Shown here: positions 51,020 through 57,653 of the stretch, in pieces
Layout: every line of letters starts with the position of its first letter
Position numbering within the stretch: the stretch's first letter is position 1
Sequence record: PV745554.1
DNA: 64,000 nt
Reading direction: 5' to 3' (one strand)
Made by a program: the position numbers and the translations under genes
Notes under the pieces: model-generated
The model's database searches: none
Seen by the model: the letters and a program-made list of their open reading frames with translations, nothing else
What the model was told of the DNA's origin: nothing

Positions 51020-51109
51020 GCACAAGTGACCCGAGCGGCGAAGGGCGTCGACTTTTAATCGACTAGGCGTCCAGCCTCACCGAGGGTTCGAGTCCCTCCT
51101 TGTGCTCCA
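51020..51109 (+). tRNA. trnK: tRNA-Lys(TTT) with long variable arm
   Basis: GTCGA-CTTTTAA-TCGAC; acceptor GCACAAG/CTTGTGC; 90 nt. Confidence 0.88.
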
Positions 51110-51112
51110 TGT

Positions 51113-51199
51113 GCGAATGTGGCGGAACTGGTAGACGCGCCGGCCTCAGGTGCCGGTGCCCTTCGGGGCGTGTGGGTTCGAGTCCCACCTTTCGTACCA
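51113..51199 (+). tRNA. trnL: tRNA-Leu(CAG)
   Basis: CCGGC-CTCAGGT-GCCGG; class II variable arm; CCA. Confidence 0.93.
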
Positions 51200-51206
51200 A
51201 CGACAT

Positions 51207-51294
51207 GCCTTGCTGGCGGAAGTGGTAGACGCACTGTTCTCAAAAAGCAGGCCGGGCGACCGGGCTCTGGGTTCGATCCCCAGGTGAGGCACCA
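51207..51294 (+). tRNA. trnL: tRNA-Leu(CAA)
   Basis: CTGTT-CTCAAAA-AGCAG; CCA. Confidence 0.92.
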
Positions 51295-51301
51295 AGACTG
51301 A

Positions 51302-51389
51302 TGCGAAGTGGCGGAAACTGGTAGACGCACCGGCATGAGAGGCCGGCGCCCTTCGGGGCGTGAGGGTTCGAGTCCCTTCTTCGCGACCA
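51302..51389 (+). tRNA. trnL: tRNA-Leu(GAG)
   Basis: CCGGC-ATGAGAG-GCCGG; CCA. Confidence 0.92.
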
Positions 51390-51392
51390 ATG

Positions 51393-51454
51393 TCCCGATC
51401 GGGAAGATTCCAGGCGGCGCGGCGCTCGCGACACCCGGATTTTCCCGATCGGGA
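51393..51454. repeat. Two copies of the palindrome TCCCGATCGGGA in a tRNA spacer
   Basis: 51393-51404 and 51443-51454. Confidence 0.8.
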
Positions 51455-51469
51455 AGACGACGAGATTAT

Positions 51470-51540
51470 GCTGATCGCCGCTGGGCGGGGAGCGGGTTGT
51501 GTCCCCGCTAGGCACGGTTCGATCCCGTGGGTCAGTACCA
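51470..51540 (+). tRNA. trnH: tRNA-His(GTG), atypical D-arm, A73
   Basis: GCGGG-TTGTGTC-CCCGC; acceptor GCTGATC/GGTCAGT; ACCA. Confidence 0.8.
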
Positions 51541-51545
51541 GATAC

Positions 51546-51616
51546 GGGGTATGCGCAGGGCGCAGGCATCCTTTGCAAGGAAGTCGGGGTGGGTTCGAGT
51601 CCCACATACTCCACCA
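51546..51616 (+). tRNA. trnA: tRNA-Ala(TGC), atypical D-arm
   Basis: TTTGCAA loop; G3:U70 in GGGGTAT/ATACTCC; ACCA. Confidence 0.85.
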
Positions 51617-51620
51617 ACAT

Positions 51621-51710
51621 GGAAGGTCAACCGGACAGGCGCGCCGGGACTGCCTCGAAAGCAGATCGCACTCTCCGGGGTGTGGGGATCGAGACCTCGG
51701 CCTTCCTCCA
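51621..51710 (+). tRNA. trnS: tRNA-Ser(CGA)
   Basis: CTGC-CTCGAAA-GCAG; long variable arm; CCA. Confidence 0.9.
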
Positions 51711-51714
51711 ATAT

Positions 51715-51804
51715 GGTGAGCGAACGGGACAGGCGTGCCCGGTCCGCCTGGAAAGCGCGACGCACTCTCCGGGGTGTGGGATTCGAGTTCTCCGCTCACC
51801 GCCA
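51715..51804 (+). tRNA. trnS: tRNA-Ser(GGA)
   Basis: CTGGAAA loop; long variable arm; GCCA. Confidence 0.9.
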
Positions 51805-51808
51805 ACAG

Positions 51809-51898
51809 GGTAGGCGAACCGGACAGGCGCGCCGGCGCCGTTTGCTAAACGAGCGGCACTCTCCGGGGTGTGGGATTCAAGCTCTCCGCCTACCGCCA
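51809..51898 (+). tRNA. trnS: tRNA-Ser(GCT)
   Basis: TTGCTAA loop; long variable arm; GCCA. Confidence 0.9.
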
Positions 51899-52174
51899 TT
51901 TTGATGTTGACGCCGGCCAGCACCGATGTCATACGTCACGACAGAGCCAACGCCCTCGGCCGGGTTGGTGGATGTGCCGGTTGCATCGCGCCCCGTCGAG
52001 CCCTAGTAGCTCTTGCCGTGGAGTTTTCCGCCTCCCTCCCAGACAAGGAGGCGGACCCCTACATCGCGATCCAGTGATCGTCGGCGACGGGCGCCGTCAG
52101 AGCCCCTTGCGCGCGGGAACGCTGCGGAGGGGATCGTCCCGACCACATTTTTCGACCCACGTTAACTTTTCTTC

Positions 52175-52203
52175 TTGACCTTCCCGAAAACGTAGTGTAG
52201 CTT
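52175..52203 (+). promoter_or_regulatory. tRNA sub-operon promoter 3 (leaderless transcript predicted)
   Basis: TTGACC-17nt-TAGCTT; ATG 8 nt after the -10 and no Shine-Dalgarno. Confidence 0.72.
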
Positions 52204-52210
52204 TCCCGTC

Positions 52211-52306
52211 ATGAGCAAGTCGTACCGTCAATTCGTGCAGATTCAGGTCGTCCGGAATTTCCGGGCGGGCCGTTCGCGCATGGATGATGGCGGGACCTTT
52301 ATCTAG
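52211..52306 (+). CDS. Leader peptide 3 (MSKSYRQFVQIQVVRNFRAGRSRMDDGGTFI)
   Basis: Codons 5-18 are all decoded by tRNAs of the downstream operon. Confidence 0.85.
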   Translation: MSKSYRQFVQIQVVRNFRAGRSRMDDGGTFI

Positions 52307-52372
52307 GTCCAGACACCTCAACCCAATTCGCGAAAGGCCCGCCTGGACACCCAGGCGGGCCTTTTTCTTTTT
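52261..52372 (+). promoter_or_regulatory. Attenuator 3 (antiterminator vs terminator)
   Basis: 52261-52278 pairs 17/18 with 52329-52346, overlapping the terminator 5' arm. Confidence 0.87.
52333..52372 (+). terminator. Rho-independent terminator between leader 3 and its tRNA operon
   Basis: AAAGGCCCGCCTGG-acac-CCAGGCGGGCCTTT followed by TTCTTTTT. Confidence 0.92.
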
Positions 52373-52429
52373 CCGTTTCGCTGATCCGCAGGAGATCGCA
52401 GATGAACAACGGGGGCTAGTCCTCCACAT

Positions 52430-52514
52430 GGATGCTTAAAGCTGGAGGGCTCCAGCCGGGGGCTGTAAACCCCCTCTCTTCGGAGGAGTGGTTCGATCCC
52501 ACAAGCATCCACCA
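52430..52514 (+). tRNA. trnY: tRNA-Tyr(GTA)
   Basis: GGGGG-CTGTAAA-CCCCC; variable arm; ACCA. Confidence 0.92.
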
Positions 52515-52519
52515 ATCAT

Positions 52520-52595
52520 GGACTCGTAGCTCAGCAGGTAGAGCGCCGGCTTGAAACCCCGGAGGTCGGAGGTTCGATTCCTCCCGTTTCCACCA
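52520..52595 (+). tRNA. trnF: tRNA-Phe(GAA)
   Basis: TTGAAAC loop; ACCA. Confidence 0.9.
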
Positions 52596-52600
52596 ACAAC

Positions 52601-52676
52601 GCCCGATGAGCCAGATGGGAAGGCACCGCTTTGACATGGCGGCATTGAGAAGGTTCGATTCCTTCATCAGGCACCA
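52601..52676 (+). tRNA. trnV: tRNA-Val(GAC)
   Basis: CCGCT-TTGACAT-GGCGG; ACCA. Confidence 0.9.
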
Positions 52677-52681
52677 ACCAC

Positions 52682-52757
52682 GCAAGTGTAGCTCAGTTGG
52701 TAGAGCAGCGGACCGATAATCCGCCCGTCCCTGGTTCGAGTCCAGGCATTTGCACCA
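52682..52757 (+). tRNA. trnI: tRNA-Ile(GAT)
   Basis: GCGGA-CCGATAA-TCCGC; ACCA. Confidence 0.92.
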
Positions 52758-52764
52758 TTTCTGA

Positions 52765-52840
52765 TGTGGCATAGCTCAGGGGTCAGAGCGCGCGCTTGAT
52801 AAGCGTGAGGTCGGTGGTTCGAGACCACCTGTCACTACCA
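52765..52840 (+). tRNA. trnI: tRNA-Ile(GAT), second copy
   Basis: CGCGC-TTGATAA-GCGTG; ACCA. Confidence 0.9.
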
Positions 52841-52874
52841 ATTCCCAGGCCCGGTGGAGATGCGCCGGTTCTGT

Positions 52875-52948
52875 AGGCGATTAGCTCAATGGTAGAGCAG
52901 GGGTGCCACATACCTCGGTCGTAGGTTCGATTCCTACATCGCCCACCA
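52875..52948 (+). tRNA. trnV: tRNA-Val(CAC)
   Basis: GGGGT-GCCACAT-ACCTC; ACCA. Confidence 0.88.
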
Positions 52949-52954
52949 ACATGT

Positions 52955-53028
52955 TGAGGGTTCGTCTAACGGTAGGACGCCTGGGTCTGGTCCAGGTAAT
53001 CTAGGTTCGAGTCCTAGCCCCTCATCCA
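52955..53028 (+). tRNA. trnQ: tRNA-Gln(CTG)
   Basis: CCTGG-GTCTGGT-CCAGG; TCCA. Confidence 0.9.
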
Positions 53029-53034
53029 AGTTGT

Positions 53035-53108
53035 TCTCGGGTCGTCTAATGGTAAGACATCTGGTTTTGGTCCAGAGGATTGGGGTTCGATTCCTTGGCC
53101 GAGAGCCA
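53035..53108 (+). tRNA. trnQ: tRNA-Gln(TTG)
   Basis: TCTGG-TTTTGGT-CCAGA; GCCA. Confidence 0.9.
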
Positions 53109-53125
53109 ACTGCTTTAGAGTTCAT

Positions 53126-53200
53126 TCCAGTCAATGCACAAGGTGTGCAGCGGCACTGTTAATGCCTGTGAGCCCGGTTCGATTCCGGGGTCTGGAGCCA
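53126..53200 (+). tRNA. trnN: tRNA-Asn(GTT)
   Basis: GGCA-CTGTTAA-TGCC; GCCA. Confidence 0.9.
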
Positions 53201-53225
53201 ACACGCCGGCCAAGGCCGGTCATGC

Positions 53226-53308
53226 GCCCTGGTAACCGAGGGGGATTACGAATCCCTTAGTCGTAGCAGGAGTTGAAAAGGGTGGTTCGAATCCACTCCA
53301 GGGTGCCA
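53226..53308 (+). tRNA. trnR: tRNA-Arg(ACG)-like, lacking a normal D-arm, long variable region
   Basis: GGGGA-TTACGAA-TCCCT; acceptor GCCCTGG/CCAGGGT; TTCGAAT T-loop; GCCA. Confidence 0.68.
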
Positions 53309-53315
53309 AATCTAT

Positions 53316-53398
53316 AGCGCGCAGGCCGATCAGGATCATCGTCAGGCGTCGCCCTCCGAAGGCGAAGAGGCCCGGTTCGAGTCCGGGGCGCGCTGCCA
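53316..53398 (+). tRNA. trnR: tRNA-Arg(CCG) with enlarged D region
   Basis: TCGCC-CTCCGAA-GGCGA; acceptor AGCGCGC/GCGCGCT; GCCA. Confidence 0.82.
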
Positions 53399-53401
53399 AC
53401 T

Positions 53402-53479
53402 GCGCGGGTAGCTCAACGGAACCAGAGCAGCCGTCTTCTACACGGTGGGTTGGGGGTTCGAGTCCCTCCCCGTGCGCCA
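53402..53479 (+). tRNA. trnR: tRNA-Arg(TCT)
   Basis: GCCGT-CTTCTAC-ACGGT; GCCA. Confidence 0.92.
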
Positions 53480-53816
53480 AAACTTGACGGGCAATGCCGA
53501 ATCGCCCAACTTCGACCCTGGCTCTCGGTGGGCCACGATTGCACGCCGTCGGTGCCCTGGCCGTACACCCAGGGAGCAGCCCGGCGGCGTTCCAACACGG
53601 TTTCTGGACGATCTTCGAACGCGGCTTGCCGTGGAGGGGTGCTGGATAGGGCCGAGGTAGGAGGAACCATCGAGCATCTCCTAATCCCGGCCTGGGCCTC
53701 CTGGGGGCTCCGCTGGGTCGATCAGGGCCTGACCCGACCCCGGAGATGCGCCGACCTAGATCACCCAGGATCGCTGGGTCGGTTGAAAGGGTCTGAAATT
53801 TTCTGGCTCCTATGTG

Positions 53817-53946
53817 TTGACACGCATTTCGGAGCCGGCTACAACCCTCCTCGTAGAGCGGCGCTGGGGCCTGAAGGCCCCAATCGTTGAGCCTCTGCGT
53901 TGTCGTCAGAAACGGCCCGCCGGCATCCCGCCGCGCGGGCCGTTTC
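53817..53946 (+). ncRNA. Candidate small RNA with its own promoter and a terminal hairpin
   Basis: TTGACA at 53817; TGGGGCC-TGAA-GGCCCCA hairpin; GAAACGGCCCGC...GCGGGCCGTTTC hairpin (53909-53946). Confidence 0.4.
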
Positions 53947-53985
53947 GTCATGGGCGTCATGCGACCTTGAGTCCACCGTGGGTAG

Positions 53986-54002
53986 TGTCGTGAATCTTGA
54001 CT
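53986..54002 (+). promoter_or_regulatory. Late-type promoter motif
   Basis: TGTCGTGAATCTTGACT. Confidence 0.72.
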
Positions 54003-54070
54003 TTCGACCACCTTTCCGGTAGCTTCCCCTTCATCACCAACGCTCATAAGTCGGGGACTAGAGAGCCGAT

Positions 54071-54469
54071 ATGTCGCAAGACCACACCGGCTCCGCAACG
54101 CAGAGCCAAGAACACATCTTTCGTAAGCTGGATGAGCTTGGCGCAATGCACATGCGTACCCGCGAGGACATGGCCGAAGTCAAGGAGAAGGTGAAGACCA
54201 TCGCCTCCTCTCAGGAGCGCTTTGAGCGCGACGTTTGGCGCGAGATGGACATTCGCCACGCCGAGACCAAGGAGCAACTGGCCGCCATCAAGAATCAAAC
54301 CGCCGATCGGATCGACGAGATCGAGGCCAAGGTGAACACCATTCGCGAGGAGCGGATCGCCGAAAAAGCCCAGTGGCGTGGCCCCGAGAAGGTCATTGCC
54401 GGCATCGTCGCCCTGGCGGGCGGCGTCACCGCGATCGGCGTTCTCTGGAGCATCTTCAAACCCCACTAA
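54071..54469 (+). CDS. Coiled-coil protein with a C-terminal TM helix (holin-like candidate)
   Basis: Heptad-rich body; VIAGIVALAGGVTAIGVLWSIF. Confidence 0.7.
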   Translation: MSQDHTGSATQSQEHIFRKLDELGAMHMRTREDMAEVKEKVKTIASSQERFERDVWREMDIRHAETKEQLAAIKNQTADRIDEIEAKVNTIREERIAEKAQWRGPEKVIAGIVALAGGVTAIGVLWSIFKPH

Positions 54470-54574
54470 GCCTACAGTCAAGCTTGTTCGCCTGCGGCCA
54501 GAAGTCGCGGTTCTTGACACCCCCCAGCGGCCCGAGCTAACCATAGGGTCATCTGTTCCTGGGGAGTTTCCTAG

Positions 54575-54796
54575 ATGGCTGCTGCGCTTACCCTCGTCTC
54601 CTGCGAGACGAACTTTTCGACCACCACGGACACCGATCCGGACGCGGCGCACGAGCGCCTCATTCTGGTCCTCAACACCGCCTCAGAAGCGGGCCTTGGT
54701 GAAATGACGTTGGAAGTCAAAGAAGAGATCGAGGCCCTGCTCAAGCAGGCGTCTATCGAACTCTCGAACTGCCGGATCGTGGGGGGAGTTCCTTAA
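54575..54796 (+). CDS. Hypothetical protein
   Basis: GGGGAG RBS; 73 aa. Confidence 0.62.
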   Translation: MAAALTLVSCETNFSTTTDTDPDAAHERLILVLNTASEAGLGEMTLEVKEEIEALLKQASIELSNCRIVGGVP

Positions 54797-54818
54797 TCGC
54801 CATCCCAGAGGGAGCGAC

Positions 54819-55685
54819 GTGTCCGAGTCTTCCGAATTCAACCCGCTCGACCAATCCCAGTTCCCTCCTCGCCTCACCAAGGCTGCTGCGCGTCAGGCGC
54901 GGCGCCAGGAGCGCAGCCAGAAAAAGGACCCCACGGCGAACAAGCCCAACTACAAGGCGCTCGAAGCCAAGACTGAACGCCAGAAGCGCTACATCCAGGC
55001 GCTGAAGGCCGGCGAGAGCGCCATCGCCATCGGCGGGGCCGGCACGGGGAAGACCTACATCCCGTCCCGGCTCTTCGCCAAGAAGCTGATCGAAGGCAAG
55101 ACCGAACGCCTGATCATCGCCCGCGTCACCGCCTCGCGGGCCAAGCACGCCCTGGGCTTCCTGCCCGGCAAGCTCGAAGCCAAGCTGGCCCCGTGGCTGG
55201 TGCCGGTGATCGAGGGCGTCAAGGCGGAAATGAACGCCCAGACCTATACGCAGTTGCAGGAGGCCGGCAAGATCGAGTTCGCCTCCTTCGAGCACATGCG
55301 CGGCCGGACCTTCGGCGAGTGCTGCGTCCTGCTGGACGAGGCCCAGAACGCCGACTACAAGGACCTGAAGATGGTCCTGACCCGTTGGGGTGAGAACGCC
55401 CAGTACGCGGTCACCGGCGACGTCGACCAGATCGACGTGGACGACTCCGGGCTGGACACGGTCATCGACATCGTCGAGGCCAACGACATCCCCATCCACG
55501 TCATCGAGTTCACCGACGAAGACGTCGTGCGCTCGCCCATGGCCAAGGCCTGGGTCAAGGCCTTCTCCGCCCACGAGGGCAAGGACGGCCGGCCCCGGCG
55601 CTTCCACCGCCCGGCTGTCAGGAATCTTGACGCTTTGCCGGCGTTCATCGATAATGGCCATGTCACGAAACCCGTGGCATCGTGA
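54819..55685 (+). CDS. phoH: PhoH-family ATPase
   Basis: GGAGTGKT Walker A; LGFLPG; HMRGRTF; LLDEAQN; GDVDQID; DVVRSP. Confidence 0.95.
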   Translation: MSESSEFNPLDQSQFPPRLTKAAARQARRQERSQKKDPTANKPNYKALEAKTERQKRYIQALKAGESAIAIGGAGTGKTYIPSRLFAKKLIEGKTERLIIARVTASRAKHALGFLPGKLEAKLAPWLVPVIEGVKAEMNAQTYTQLQEAGKIEFASFEHMRGRTFGECCVLLDEAQNADYKDLKMVLTRWGENAQYAVTGDVDQIDVDDSGLDTVIDIVEANDIPIHVIEFTDEDVVRSPMAKAWVKAFSAHEGKDGRPRRFHRPAVRNLDALPAFIDNGHVTKPVAS

Positions 55686-55686
55686 C
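55616..55686 (+). promoter_or_regulatory. Late-type promoter motif plus a 25-bp palindrome variant inside the phoH 3' end
   Basis: TGTCAGGAATCTTGACG (55616-32); GTCACGAAACCCGTGGCATCGTGAC (55662-86). Confidence 0.62.
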
Positions 55687-55702
55687 AAAGACGTAGAGCA
55701 CC

Positions 55703-56224
55703 ATGGCCTTCACCTTCGTTGTTGAGACCGGCGCCGGCGACCCGGCCGCGAACTCGTACTGCGACGTGCAGTTCGCGGACGACTACATCTACGCCAACGT
55801 CTACTCGAACACCGCCTGGGCCGCCTTGGAGGACGAGGACAAGGAACGCTTCCTGGTCCGCGCCTCCAAGTACCTGGACCGGACGGTGCAATGGGCGGGG
55901 GAGAAGATCGAGGAGGACTCCGGCCTGCGCTGGCCGCGCGCCGGGGTCTATGACGTCGACGGCTTCCTGATCCCCAGCGACGCCATCCCGCAGCAGTTGA
56001 TGGAGGCCACCGCCGAAATGGCGGCGGCGCTCCTCAACAACGACTGGACCTCGCCGCAGACCACGCGCGGCATGAAGGAAATCCAGGTCGACGTCATCGA
56101 ACTGAAGTTCGACACCGAGGTCCAGCGCGGCTCGATGCCGGACATCGTCATGCAAATCCTGGAGGGCCTGGGCGTGGTCAAGACCGGCCAGCGCCCGGCC
56201 TTCAAGAAGATCATCCGGCACTAA
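55703..56224 (+). CDS. Head-tail adaptor (DnaT-like phage neck family)
   Basis: ANSYCDV...RASKYLD...WAG...GLRWPRAGV...IPQQLMEATAEMA. Confidence 0.85.
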   Translation: MAFTFVVETGAGDPAANSYCDVQFADDYIYANVYSNTAWAALEDEDKERFLVRASKYLDRTVQWAGEKIEEDSGLRWPRAGVYDVDGFLIPSDAIPQQLMEATAEMAAALLNNDWTSPQTTRGMKEIQVDVIELKFDTEVQRGSMPDIVMQILEGLGVVKTGQRPAFKKIIRH

Positions 56225-56616
56225 TGGCGCTCGAAGCGTTCATCCAGTCGCAGGTCCTGGTTGCCTTCAACCAGCTTGACGACCTCTGCAAGCGCTGGAC
56301 CTATGTCCAGCGTTCGGGGACTGGCGTGCGCGACGTCGAGAGCGGCAAGACCGTCTACCCCACGACCGAGATCGACATCCCCAAGGCCGTGCGGGTGCGC
56401 TTCAAGAAGGACGAGAAGGACAAGACCGGGCAGGTCCTGGTCGGCGAGAAGCTCCTCTTCCCGCGCGTCTACCTGCCCAAGGGCTTCGAGACCAAGACGT
56501 CCGACTACCTCATCGACGAGGCGGACGTGATCTGGGAGATCATGAGCGACCTGTCGGACCCGGCCAAGGCCGTGGCGATCCTCCAGGTGCGCACCTCCCG
56601 GATCGTGACGCCGTGA
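56224..56616 (+). CDS. Putative head-closure protein
   Basis: TAATG coupling; neck gene position. Confidence 0.7.
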   Translation: MALEAFIQSQVLVAFNQLDDLCKRWTYVQRSGTGVRDVESGKTVYPTTEIDIPKAVRVRFKKDEKDKTGQVLVGEKLLFPRVYLPKGFETKTSDYLIDEADVIWEIMSDLSDPAKAVAILQVRTSRIVTP

Positions 56617-57086
56617 AGGTAGGCGGCGCCAAGCTCAACTTCTACACCGACGGGAACCTGGAGGCGGCGTTCAAGCGCTTCTTCGCCACCGCCGAGAAGC
56701 GTTACGACGAGCGCGCCGACCGGTTGCTGATCCGGCTGAACGAACTGATCCTCTCGCGCACCCCGGTGTGGGAGGGCGACACGATCCACAACTGGCGCTG
56801 GTCGACCCGCGCGCCGGACATGCGTCACGAAGACCCGATCGGCGGCGTCGACCCTGGCCGCACCAACGACATGCCCCTGGGCGTGGAGCCCCGGCGCCGC
56901 GCCAACGAGGCCCGCCCCCGCCAGTCGCTGGCCGGCGCGCTGCGGGCCAAGGAGCCGATCGACATCTACCTGACCAACACCGCCGAGAGCGCGGTCGATC
57001 TCGAATACGGGCTGCTGCCGACCAAGGCCCAGAGCCGTAACAGCATGGGGATGGTCCGAATCTCGGTTAAAGAGGTGTTCGGGTGA
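56613..57086 (+). CDS. Putative tail completion protein (HK97 gp10-like)
   Basis: RTPVWEG...NW...IYLTNTAESAVDLEYG. Confidence 0.75.
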   Translation: MKVGGAKLNFYTDGNLEAAFKRFFATAEKRYDERADRLLIRLNELILSRTPVWEGDTIHNWRWSTRAPDMRHEDPIGGVDPGRTNDMPLGVEPRRRANEARPRQSLAGALRAKEPIDIYLTNTAESAVDLEYGLLPTKAQSRNSMGMVRISVKEVFG

Positions 57087-57157
57087 TCCCCGCGTTCATC
57101 ATTCTGCCGCGCGTCTATCTCGCGGCGTGGCTTTCGTTCTGGCTCGGGGAGGACTAG
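57083..57157 (+). CDS. 24-aa hydrophobic peptide
   Basis: GTGA overlap; its 3' end supplies the GGAGG RBS of the next gene. Confidence 0.4.
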   Translation: MIPAFIILPRVYLAAWLSFWLGED

Positions 57158-57613
57158 ATGCTCGAACACGACATGCTCCGTCAAGTCCTGGAACAGCAGG
57201 CGCTCGCCGCCGCCGTCCTGGCCAACCTCGACCTGAAGTTCGACAACTCCCAGTTCGTCCAGCCGACCGACGGACGCCACTGGGCGGAGTTCTGGCACAA
57301 GACCGGCGCGACCAAGGCCTGCGAGGTCGCTGGGCCGAAGGGCTATGAGAAGACCGCTGGGCTGCTGCAATTCACCCTCAAGGCCCCCGAGGAGGAAGGC
57401 AACGGCGCGATCATCCGCGCCGGCGGTCTCGTCAAGCGGGCGCTGAACCGCAAGCAGTTGGTGATCCCGCCCGACGGCTGGGTCACGCTCGATCCGATCT
57501 CGGTCGACATGCACGGCAAGCCGATCGACGGCTTCTTCAACGTCATCGTCTGGGCGACGTTCGACTTCTACCACCGCGATCCCGACGCGCCCGATCACTG
57601 GCTCCGGGGTTGA
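57158..57613 (+). CDS. Putative tail terminator protein
   Basis: GGAGG RBS; FDNSQFVQP...GLLQFTL...pattern; position before the tail tube gene. Confidence 0.72.
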   Translation: MLEHDMLRQVLEQQALAAAVLANLDLKFDNSQFVQPTDGRHWAEFWHKTGATKACEVAGPKGYEKTAGLLQFTLKAPEEEGNGAIIRAGGLVKRALNRKQLVIPPDGWVTLDPISVDMHGKPIDGFFNVIVWATFDFYHRDPDAPDHWLRG

Positions 57614-57636
57614 CGGCGGAGCTTCACGGCTGCTAT

Positions 57637-57653
57637 AGTCGTGAATCTTGACA
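57637..57653 (+). promoter_or_regulatory. Late-type promoter motif
   Basis: AGTCGTGAATCTTGACA upstream of the tail tube gene. Confidence 0.75.

Noticed and set aside
49029-53479. Suppressor tRNAs or genetic-code reassignment
   Set aside because: No CTA, TTA or TCA anticodons found, and genes end normally at TAA, TAG and TGA.
48697-54146. Numerous 60-300-aa ORFs across the tRNA cluster
   Set aside because: They overlap clear tRNA cloverleaves on either strand and are artefacts.
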